Shown here: one piece after another, positions 39,991 to 48,260 of the stretch
Numbering within the stretch: position 1 is the stretch's first letter
Layout: each line of letters begins with the position of its first letter
NCBI GenBank assembly: GCA_964596705.1
Contig: CAZQVG010000001.1
Span: forward strand, 14,969 to 78,968
Reading direction: 5' to 3'
Length of the DNA: 64,000 nt
Source of the DNA: Candidatus Woesearchaeota archaeon
GTDB taxonomy: Archaea; Nanobdellota; Nanobdellia; SCGC-AAA011-G17; PNOQ01
Notes under the pieces: generated by a model
Database searches by the model: none
What the model was told of the DNA's origin: nothing
What the model saw: only the letters and a program-made list of their open reading frames with translations
Position numbers and translations under genes: made by a program

Positions 39991-40006
39991 TTGATTTTCG
40001 ATTGTT

Positions 40007-40945
40007 ATGTGGATCGAAAAATATAGGCCAAAGACTTTTTCTGAGATGAAAGGGCAAGAAAAGATAGTTGCTAGAATTAAAGCTTTTGTTGAATCCAAAG
40101 AGTTGCCTCATTTGTTATTTTCTGGTCCTGCTGGAGTTGGAAAAACAACTTTATCTTTAATTATTGCAAGGGAGTTATTCGGGGATGATTGGCAACATAA
40201 CTTCTTAGAATTAAATGCTTCTGATGAAAGGGGAATTGATGTCATACGGAATAAGGTAAAGGATTTTGCAAGAACAAGATCAATAAGGGATGTTCCGTTT
40301 AAGGTAATTTATCTTGATGAATGTGATTCTTTAACTACTGAAGCTCAGCAAGCACTAAGAAGAACAATGGAAAATTATTCGAATACTTGTAGATTTATTT
40401 TAAGTTGTAATTATTCTAGCAAAATTATAGATCCGATTCAATCAAGATGTACTGTATTTCGGTTTAAACCTTTAGAGTTAGAAGATATAAAAGAAATAAT
40501 ATCCGGGATTGCGGAAAAAGAAGGATTGAATATTGATGAAAATGTAATGAACACAATTTATGAGCTTAGTGGAGGAGATGCGAGAAAGGCAGAGAATATT
40601 TTGCAAAGTTGTTCAATTATCAGTAAAAATATTACAGAAGATTTAGTCTATGAAATAGTTTCTGCTGCAAGACCAAAAGAAATTATGAAGGTTTTAGAGT
40701 TGAGCATGGATGGACAATTTATTCGAGCAAGAGATTTATTATTAGATACTATGTTGAGACATGGTTTATCTGGAATCGATATTATAAAACAAATTCAAAA
40801 AGAAGCATTAAGCCTGGACATAGATGAACTAAAAAAAGCAAAGATTATTGAAAAGTGTGGGGAAATTGAATTTAGGATGGTTGAAGGAAGTGATGAGTTT
40901 GTTCAGTTGGAAGCTTTGATTGCTAGTTTTGTAAATTTAAAATGA
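40007..40945 (+). CDS. rfcS: replication factor C small subunit
   Basis: LLFSGPAGVGKTT Walker A, LDECDSLT, SRC-like motif; 312 aa; no intein. Confidence 0.9.
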   Translation: MWIEKYRPKTFSEMKGQEKIVARIKAFVESKELPHLLFSGPAGVGKTTLSLIIARELFGDDWQHNFLELNASDERGIDVIRNKVKDFARTRSIRDVPFKVIYLDECDSLTTEAQQALRRTMENYSNTCRFILSCNYSSKIIDPIQSRCTVFRFKPLELEDIKEIISGIAEKEGLNIDENVMNTIYELSGGDARKAENILQSCSIISKNITEDLVYEIVSAARPKEIMKVLELSMDGQFIRARDLLLDTMLRHGLSGIDIIKQIQKEALSLDIDELKKAKIIEKCGEIEFRMVEGSDEFVQLEALIASFVNLK

Positions 40946-41352
40946 TAAGAACATTTAATCCTTTAAGATTTGTTGAGGATTTAAGTAAAAGTTTTGGGAC
41001 TTATTTTGTTAGGCTAGGGGAATTTGTGAACGTTAATGGCTCTGGCAAATATTATTATAATGAGGGGAGATTGGTTACCTGTAGGGGATATTTTCCTTTG
41101 GAAAAAGTTGCTTTAAATTATTTAGAGTTAAAAAACTTGGGACATATATTTTTAGAAAAGGGAAGAAAATTCAATAAATCATATAGTTTAGCTGATATTT
41201 TAATTAAAGGAGGAGTTTTAGAAGAGGATTCTCCAATAAGGATGAAGATAGTATATGAAGGAGAAAGATTAAAAGTTAGAGAATGGAAGAAGGTTAATAG
41301 TGTTTGGGTACCAATTAAAACTCGTTTTCCTTGGAGGGAGTATTGGATATGA
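40942..41352 (+). CDS. hypothetical protein encoded between rfcS and rfcL
   Basis: 136-aa ORF with 4-nt overlap with rfcS and 22-nt overlap with rfcL. No recognisable domain. Confidence 0.4.
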   Translation: MIRTFNPLRFVEDLSKSFGTYFVRLGEFVNVNGSGKYYYNEGRLVTCRGYFPLEKVALNYLELKNLGHIFLEKGRKFNKSYSLADILIKGGVLEEDSPIRMKIVYEGERLKVREWKKVNSVWVPIKTRFPWREYWI

Positions 41353-42527
41353 TGTGGACAAAGAAGTATGCTCCAAAATCTGTTAAAGAATTAGTTGGAG
41401 ATATTAGATCTATTATGCAATTAGAGGATTTTATTAAAAATTTTAAAAATTTTAAGAAGAATGCAGTTTTAATTTATGGTCCAACAGGAAGTGGAAAAAC
41501 AGAAGCCGCATATGCAATCGCAAAAGAAAATAATTTAGAGGTTTTAGAAATAAATGCAAGCGATTTTAGGAATAAAGAACATATCTTAGAAATTGTTGGA
41601 AAATCAATAAATCAAGCAAGTTTATTTGGTAGAGGAAAATTAATCTTAATAGATGAGATAGATGGATTGAGTGGAACAAAGGATCGAGGAGGTGCACAGG
41701 CAGTTGCTTCTTTAATTGAAAAAACGTCATTCCCCATTGTAATGACTGCAAACGACCCTTGGCAAAGTAAATTGTCAAGTATAAGAAGAAAATCTTTAAT
41801 GATTGAATTTGGCATGTTAAGTTATTTAGACATATTTAAAGTTCTGAAAAGGATAGCCAATTCAGAAGGGATAGATGTGGATGAGAGTATATTGAAAAGT
41901 ATTGCAAACCGTGCAGGAGGGGATGTAAGATCTGCAATAAATGATTTTCAATTAGTTGCATTCAAGAGAAAGATCATACAGAAAGAAGATTTAGATGATC
42001 TAAGTGACAGAGGAAAGGAAGAGGATATTCATACTCTACTCAGGTTAGTCTACAAATCAAAAGATCCTGAATTGATTTTACAAACATTTGATAAAACAAA
42101 TCTGAAATTTGATGAATTGTTTTTATGGATAGAAGAAAATTTGCCTTTGGAGTATAAAGGTGTTGAATTGAGTAAAGCATTTGATAGCCTTTCTAAGTCA
42201 GATATATTTAAAGGAAGGATTATGAGTAGGCAGTATTGGAGGTTTATGGTATATCAAAAATATTTTATGAGTGTTGGAGTGGCAATATCAAAAAGTGAAA
42301 GTAAAAAAGGATTTGTTAAGTATGGTGCGCCTCAAAGAATTTTAAAATTGTGGAAAGCTAAAATGAAATATGCTAAAAAACAAGCAATTTGTGAAAAGAT
42401 TGCAGGAAAATGCCATATATCAAAAAAGAGATCCTTAAAGGAAGTTTTTCCATATTCTCAACTTATTTTGAAGGAAAATGCAGATTATTTGGGTTTAAGT
42501 GAAGAAGAAATTAGTTGGTTAAATTAA
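41331..42527 (+). CDS. rfcL: replication factor C large subunit
   Basis: AAA+ Walker A YGPTGSGKTEAAYAIAKE, Walker B ILIDEIDGL, RFC large-type C-terminal helical domain. Confidence 0.8.
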   Translation: MEGVLDMMWTKKYAPKSVKELVGDIRSIMQLEDFIKNFKNFKKNAVLIYGPTGSGKTEAAYAIAKENNLEVLEINASDFRNKEHILEIVGKSINQASLFGRGKLILIDEIDGLSGTKDRGGAQAVASLIEKTSFPIVMTANDPWQSKLSSIRRKSLMIEFGMLSYLDIFKVLKRIANSEGIDVDESILKSIANRAGGDVRSAINDFQLVAFKRKIIQKEDLDDLSDRGKEEDIHTLLRLVYKSKDPELILQTFDKTNLKFDELFLWIEENLPLEYKGVELSKAFDSLSKSDIFKGRIMSRQYWRFMVYQKYFMSVGVAISKSESKKGFVKYGAPQRILKLWKAKMKYAKKQAICEKIAGKCHISKKRSLKEVFPYSQLILKENADYLGLSEEEISWLN

Positions 42528-43375
42528 GAATTGTAGTTGCCAAAAGCTAATTTTCTTAATTTTTTTACACGTTCTTTTGTGGGGGGATGGGTTGATAAAA
42601 GTTTGAATATCCCCTCTCCTGAAAAAGGATTTATTATAAATAAATTAGCAGTTGCTTGATTTCCATTTTTTAGTTTAGGCGCTGAATCAATTTTAACTAA
42701 TGCATCTGCTAAAGCTTCGGGGTCTTTTATTATTTTAGCCCCTGTTTCATCTGCAATATACTCTCTTGATCTAGAAATTGCTAATCTTAATATTGTTGCA
42801 GAGATTGGTGCAAGAATAGATAACATTAACAATTCCAATACATTAGAGTCATTTTCATCTCTAGATCCACCAAATATCATCGCCCACCTTGCCATCATTG
42901 CAAGGTATGCTATTGCGCTAGCTAAAATTACAGATACTGTAGAGATTAGTAGGTCTTTATTTTTTATGTGGCCGATTTCATGAGCAAGAACTCCTTTTAA
43001 TTCCCTCTCGTCTAACATATCTAGCAAACCTGTTGTAACCGCTATAACTGCTTTATTCTGGTTCCTTCCTGTTGCAAATGCATTTGGATTATTAGAATTA
43101 ATTATGTATATTTTTGGTTTTTTTATTGATGCTCTTGTTGCAATATCCCTTACTAGATTATGCAAGGATTCAAATTGAGTGTGATCTGCAGGTTTTGCAT
43201 TATATAATTTTAAAACCAATTTATCAGAGTACCAGTAGGAAAGAATATTCATTGCAGTAGTTAAAATTAAAGCAATTGTTAATCCTGCTGTACCTCCAAC
43301 GGCAAAACCAGTTATTAATAATATAAATGTAAGTCCTGCTAAAAGTGCAATTGTTTTTAACTGATCGATAAACAT
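42524..43375 (-). CDS. htpX: zinc metalloprotease HtpX (peptidase M48)
   Basis: HEIGHIKNKD HExxH motif, 4 TM, 283 aa. Confidence 0.85.
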   Translation of the reverse strand: MFIDQLKTIALLAGLTFILLITGFAVGGTAGLTIALILTTAMNILSYWYSDKLVLKLYNAKPADHTQFESLHNLVRDIATRASIKKPKIYIINSNNPNAFATGRNQNKAVIAVTTGLLDMLDERELKGVLAHEIGHIKNKDLLISTVSVILASAIAYLAMMARWAMIFGGSRDENDSNVLELLMLSILAPISATILRLAISRSREYIADETGAKIIKDPEALADALVKIDSAPKLKNGNQATANLFIINPFSGEGIFKLLSTHPPTKERVKKLRKLAFGNYNS

Positions 43376-43475
43376 GGTTCTATGTTTGATATTTAAAGGG
43401 TTTATAAGTTTTATTGTGATTGTTTAGAATTTTTTCTTAATTTGCACAACATATATAAATTAAAATCTCTAAAAA

Positions 43476-44822
43476 ATGTTTATGCCTAATAATATTATAA
43501 TTGGTAGATCTGTAAAAGATAAGAAGCAATTTGGGGAAAAAGGAGTTATTTTCTTGGGAAGGCATTATGTAAAAATGGATCAAACTGTTTCTTTGAGTAG
43601 TAATATTTTTATGGATGCAATACGGACTCATGTTGTTTTTGTTGTTGGTAAAAGGGGAACAGGAAAAAGTTATTCTTTGTCTGTTATGGCAGAAGGATTA
43701 AGTTCTTTAGAGGAAGATATATCAAAGAATATTAGTGTATTGATGTTCGATACCATGGGTATATTTTGGACCATGAAGTATCCAAATCAAAAAGATGAAA
43801 AACTTCTAAGATCGTGGGGGATGAAACCTAGAGGAATTGATAAAGTAGAGGTATACGTTCCTGAGGGATATTTTAAAGATTATAAAGAAAAGGGTATCTT
43901 GGTTGATCATGCGTTTACAATAAAAACTGCTGAATTGGATGCTGGAGATTGGGTAAATGTTTTTGGTGTAGATTTGATGCATCCGATTGGAATTGCTATT
44001 GAAAAAGCAATTGGAAATCTAGTTGACGAAAAGGAAGATTATGGGATAGTTGATATAATCAATGAGATAAACTCGGATAAATCAATTGAAAAAGAAGTAA
44101 AAGATGCTGCAATAAATAGGTTTCTTGCTGCTGAATCTTGGGGATTGTTTAGCAAGAACGGAACAGAAATAAAAGAATTAGTAAAGGGGGGCAAAATTAG
44201 TGTTGTTGATATAAGTGCATATAGCCATATGGCAGGGAATTGGGGTATAAAGAATCTTGTTGTAGGAATAATCTGTAAAAAATTATTGCAAGAAAGGATG
44301 ATTGCGAGAAAATTAGAAGAATTAAGGCAAATTGAATCTGGAACTAGTTTATTTGGTTTTGATGATTATGAAAAAACTGAAGATGATATGCCTTTAGTTT
44401 GGATTTTAATTGATGAAGCACATGAATTTTTGCCTAGAGAAGGAAGAACTGGAGCTACAGATGCTTTAGTTCAGTTACTTAGAGAAGGAAGGCAACCCGG
44501 AATTTCATTAGTTTTAGCTAGTCAACAACCAGGAGAAATCCATAGAGATGTAATTACGCAATCAGATATTGTTATTAGCCACAGACTTACTGCAAGAAGA
44601 GATATTGGTGCTTTAAATGATATTATGCAAACGTATATGGCATCAGACATTCAGAGATATTTAAATGATCTCCCAAGAATGAAAGGGTCTGCGATTATAT
44701 TAGACGATAACTCAGAAAAGATATTTCCAGTAAATATTAGGCCCAAGTTTAGTTGGCATGGGGGAGAAGCACCAAGCGCACTGCATTTAAAGGCTAAAGA
44801 ACTGTTAGATCTTGGATTGTAG
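43476..44822 (+). CDS. HerA/FtsK-superfamily ATPase (DUF87-type)
   Basis: Walker A VVGKRGTGKSYSL, Walker B VWILIDEAHEF, arginine-finger region LVLASQQPGEI. Only about 55 residues precede the Walker A motif. Confidence 0.6.
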   Translation: MFMPNNIIIGRSVKDKKQFGEKGVIFLGRHYVKMDQTVSLSSNIFMDAIRTHVVFVVGKRGTGKSYSLSVMAEGLSSLEEDISKNISVLMFDTMGIFWTMKYPNQKDEKLLRSWGMKPRGIDKVEVYVPEGYFKDYKEKGILVDHAFTIKTAELDAGDWVNVFGVDLMHPIGIAIEKAIGNLVDEKEDYGIVDIINEINSDKSIEKEVKDAAINRFLAAESWGLFSKNGTEIKELVKGGKISVVDISAYSHMAGNWGIKNLVVGIICKKLLQERMIARKLEELRQIESGTSLFGFDDYEKTEDDMPLVWILIDEAHEFLPREGRTGATDALVQLLREGRQPGISLVLASQQPGEIHRDVITQSDIVISHRLTARRDIGALNDIMQTYMASDIQRYLNDLPRMKGSAIILDDNSEKIFPVNIRPKFSWHGGEAPSALHLKAKELLDLGL

Positions 44823-45605
44823 GTCCAAGCAAACCCTAAATGTTCCTGGAGCAGGAGATCCTGCTTTTACTAATTTTACTTTGAATTTGTCTGAATATTT
44901 TTTTATTAGTTTGTCAAAATTTTGTTGTTTTTCAAAAACATAAAGATGGATTGTTCCTTTTGGTTTTAATTTTGTTAATGCTAAGTCTAGAAAATTTTCT
45001 GCAGTTTTAGGTAGAGGCATTATAATTCTGTCAAATTTCTTATTTATTTTTGGAAGAACTTTTTTTACATCTCCTTTAAATAAGTGGATATTGTTTATTT
45101 TGTTTAATTTTATATTTTCCTCGGCATATTTATGGGCAACAGGATTTATCTCAACTGCATAAATCTCCTTTGCCTTAGAATGTTTTGATATTATCAAAGG
45201 AAACGGAGCTACACCTGAGAACATAACTAAAATAGACTCTCCAGGTTTTACTTGTTTGGCAACTCTTAATCTCTCTGTTCCTGTTCGAGGAGAAAAATAT
45301 ACTTTTTCTGGATTTAGTTTTAGTTTTATTCCGCTTTCTTTGTGTGTTGTTTCTTTGTTTTTGTCCCCTGCTAAAATTTTTAGTTTTGGAACCCTATATT
45401 TTCCAGAATAATATTTTGATTTTCTTGTTACTAACCTTATGTTTTTTAATTTATTAAGCATATATTGGCCAACTAATTTTTCTTTTTTCTTTAGTTCTTT
45501 TGGGAAATCTATAAAGATCAAGATATCTCCGATTATATCAAAGGATTTTGGAATTAGTTTTATGTCTTCTTCGGTCAATTCTTTTTGTTTTTTGAATAGG
45601 AACAT
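44805..45605 (-). CDS. trm5: tRNA (m1G37) methyltransferase Trm5 / Met-10+ family SAM-dependent methyltransferase
   Basis: FDIIGDILIF, KVYFSPRTGTERLR, MFSGVAPF, NP.A......N..LN, DRIIMPLP blocks of the Trm5/Taw family. Confidence 0.7.
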   Translation of the reverse strand: MFLFKKQKELTEEDIKLIPKSFDIIGDILIFIDFPKELKKKEKLVGQYMLNKLKNIRLVTRKSKYYSGKYRVPKLKILAGDKNKETTHKESGIKLKLNPEKVYFSPRTGTERLRVAKQVKPGESILVMFSGVAPFPLIISKHSKAKEIYAVEINPVAHKYAEENIKLNKINNIHLFKGDVKKVLPKINKKFDRIIMPLPKTAENFLDLALTKLKPKGTIHLYVFEKQQNFDKLIKKYSDKFKVKLVKAGSPAPGTFRVCLDLQSKI

Positions 45606-45662
45606 TTTGATTTTTTTATAATTCCGATATATTTAAATATTAATATTCTTCTTGTTTTTATA

Positions 45663-46046
45663 ATGTTATTGGATAAAAAGGGTGATTGGGATAATTCGCA
45701 TGGAAGTTGGTGGTATTTTATTGGAGGTTTAATTTTTCTATATATTGGCTTAATGCCTTTTTTTGATATTTTTCCGTTTAGTTTTACAATAGGAGAATCT
45801 TTGTTAAGAGTATTCCTTGCGCTTCTAGGTGTTTTAATTTTAGTTGAATCGTTTACTATGGACCCGATGAATAAGTTTGGCAAAGTTGTGGTGGGATTAA
45901 TCTTTGCAATTGTTGGAGTTTATTCATTTTTATCTTATCAAGGGGTTAGTTGGCTTCCTTTTGAGATGGCTTTAAATAGCATTGTGCTTCAAATACTACT
46001 TATCATATATGCTATTTACTTGTTTATTGGAGCGTGGAGGCAATGA
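45663..46046 (+). CDS. small polytopic membrane protein (4 TM)
   Basis: 127 aa, four hydrophobic helices, Trp-rich N-terminus. Confidence 0.4.
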   Translation: MLLDKKGDWDNSHGSWWYFIGGLIFLYIGLMPFFDIFPFSFTIGESLLRVFLALLGVLILVESFTMDPMNKFGKVVVGLIFAIVGVYSFLSYQGVSWLPFEMALNSIVLQILLIIYAIYLFIGAWRQ

Positions 46047-47203
46047 AAGGCTATAAATTTGGATTATTAATCTTAGGATTATTTAGTTTTTTTTCAAAAT
46101 CTGTTTTTGCTGCCAGTAGTAGATTTGATATTGGTGCAGCTTTAACAAGAGTATTAACAAACAGAATAAGTATTGCTGGTGAACCTGTTGAGTATTGGGT
46201 TGTTTTAGCCACATTTGCTTTTTTGTTTTTCCTTTTGTGGACAGGAGCTATGAGGGTATTTAGTGATAATAAACATGTCCAAATCGCTGTAGCAGCTATA
46301 TTATCTTTAATTATTACATTTACTACTCCTTTTGCAGGATGGTTTATGGGAATTTTAGATGTAAGTGTTATCCTTATTGTTATATTGTTAGTTTTAGCCA
46401 CATTAGCATTATTTTTATGGGGTTTTGGAGGAGTATATCGGGTAGGTGCAAAAGCTTACATCTTTATGTTAAGTACGTCTTCTAATGTAAAGAAGGAAGC
46501 TAGGTTCTTAAAAAAAGAATCAAGAATTTATTCAGAAGAAATTGAAGATCTTAATGACATAATAACAAGGATAAAGAATTTGCCAGACATAGATGATCCC
46601 GCATATGATGCTCAGGCTCAAGAGATAAAAACAGATTTAGATTCTGTTTTGAGTCTTATACGTGATGCGTTATCAATAGACAAAAGGAGATATAACTTAG
46701 AAGACTCTAATGAAGTGGCATTAAGATTAAGAAAATTTGAGCAAAAATTAATTGGGATTATTGAACAAGCAAAATCTGCAGTTACTGGAAAAAGACCGAA
46801 AGACGCAATTAAAAATGTAAAAAAGGCATTAAATCTAATCAAGAATCAATTAAAAGCATTAAAGAAAGCATTGAAATGGGCAAAGAAACATAAGAACATA
46901 GGAGATGAAGAAATAGAAGAGGATATACCTGCTGAGCAAGCAGAGTCCGGAGAAACTTCCCAAGAAGAGGGCATACAACAAGATAAAAACTCCAAAGAGA
47001 TAGAGGCAAAAGAAAAAGAAATTATTGAGCGTTATAAAGAAGAGTACTCTAAAATAATAAATGGTGAAAAAGACGGAAAATATAATTCTCAGCAATCAAT
47101 TGAACTGCAGGAAAATATTTGGAAAGAATTCTTCAGAGAATTAAAAGAATTGGGATATGAAGACGATCAAATAAAAGCCTTGTGGACAAGAGAGATAGCA
47201 TAA
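46034..47203 (+). CDS. membrane protein with long K/E-rich coiled-coil cytoplasmic tail
   Basis: Signal-like N-terminus, 4-5 TM helices, then about 230 aa of heptad-like charged sequence. Overlaps the upstream gene by 13 nt. Confidence 0.45.
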   Translation: MEAMKGYKFGLLILGLFSFFSKSVFAASSRFDIGAALTRVLTNRISIAGEPVEYWVVLATFAFLFFLLWTGAMRVFSDNKHVQIAVAAILSLIITFTTPFAGWFMGILDVSVILIVILLVLATLALFLWGFGGVYRVGAKAYIFMLSTSSNVKKEARFLKKESRIYSEEIEDLNDIITRIKNLPDIDDPAYDAQAQEIKTDLDSVLSLIRDALSIDKRRYNLEDSNEVALRLRKFEQKLIGIIEQAKSAVTGKRPKDAIKNVKKALNLIKNQLKALKKALKWAKKHKNIGDEEIEEDIPAEQAESGETSQEEGIQQDKNSKEIEAKEKEIIERYKEEYSKIINGEKDGKYNSQQSIELQENIWKEFFRELKELGYEDDQIKALWTREIA

Positions 47204-47230
47204 ATTAGTCAAAAAGTGACCAAATGTCAA

Positions 47231-48229
47231 TTAAAACCATTTATCTAAATTTTTTTGAGGTTTAGGTTTTAATCTTTCCAATAATTTGTTTATTCTGTCT
47301 TCTGAAAAATCATATTTTTGAAGAAGTTTTTGAATTTTATCAAGATCTGGTTCTTTCCATTTTAGTTGGTAATTCTTCATTATTGGCATACTTTTAAAGG
47401 TGGCATATATTTTTTTCCAATTAAAATCTGCATCCACATTAGCAAATATTTTTTCAAATTCTTTATGCTCCTGTACTAATTTTAAAGCAGTTTTTGGTCC
47501 AACCCTATGAACTCCTCTAGGATTATAATCTGTGCCAACAAGAATAGATAATGCCAATAGTTGATCCTGGTTTATTTTTAATGTTTTGAGTATATGTTTT
47601 AGCTCATATATTTCTGGATTTATTTTAATGTAAGTGTTCTTTACTTTTTTCTTCTGTGAAACAGTTAAGTTACGTATAAGGATTGGAGTAGAATAGAGTA
47701 ATGCATCTATGTCTTGGGACACCACTGCAAAAACGTCTCCTTGTTCTGCCATAAATGCAGCCTGAGCTTCTGCCTCTGAAGGCGCTTGTATAACCGGCAA
47801 TCCTATAGCAGAAATAAACTCTTTTGCTTCTTTTTGCATCTCTTTTGTTAGTTTAATTGTCTGTTTGCTATATTTTGCCATAGATTCTATGTCATGCTCT
47901 TTTTTTGCTTCTTCATACTTTTCTTGTGCTTTTTCTTTTAATTCTCGTCTTCTTTGGGATTCCTGAAATTTTATTGCTGGGGGTTTGCCATCAAAAACAA
48001 ATGCCAACTTTATTCCTTTTTCCATTAAATTTGGAATTCTAGAAGAAATCCCCACTAAATGAGAAGTTATATTTCCGTTATTGTCCATTAAAGGGGTTCC
48101 GTCTTGTTGTCTAATTGATGCTAAAAATTGGTAAAGAACATTAGAAGCATCTACTGCTAATTTTTTTCCTTTTAATTTTTCAAAGGTTATTTCTTTTTTT
48201 GGAAGAATATTTGTTATTGCTACACCCAT
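47231..48229 (-). CDS. fen: flap endonuclease FEN-1
   Basis: N- and I-domains (AVDASNVLYQFL..., GLPVIQAPSEAEAQAAFM), and a C-terminal PIP-like motif. Confidence 0.9.
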   Translation of the reverse strand: MGVAITNILPKKEITFEKLKGKKLAVDASNVLYQFLASIRQQDGTPLMDNNGNITSHLVGISSRIPNLMEKGIKLAFVFDGKPPAIKFQESQRRRELKEKAQEKYEEAKKEHDIESMAKYSKQTIKLTKEMQKEAKEFISAIGLPVIQAPSEAEAQAAFMAEQGDVFAVVSQDIDALLYSTPILIRNLTVSQKKKVKNTYIKINPEIYELKHILKTLKINQDQLLALSILVGTDYNPRGVHRVGPKTALKLVQEHKEFEKIFANVDADFNWKKIYATFKSMPIMKNYQLKWKEPDLDKIQKLLQKYDFSEDRINKLLERLKPKPQKNLDKWF

Positions 48230-48260
48230 AAAATTGATTTAGAAAAGAATTATATAAAAG

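Noticed and set aside
39794-40006. 213-nt ileS/rfcS intergenic region examined for box C/D or other sRNA
   Set aside because: Only TATA-like elements for the two divergent promoters were found. There is no C box (RUGAUGA) paired with a D box, and no GC-rich structured segment.
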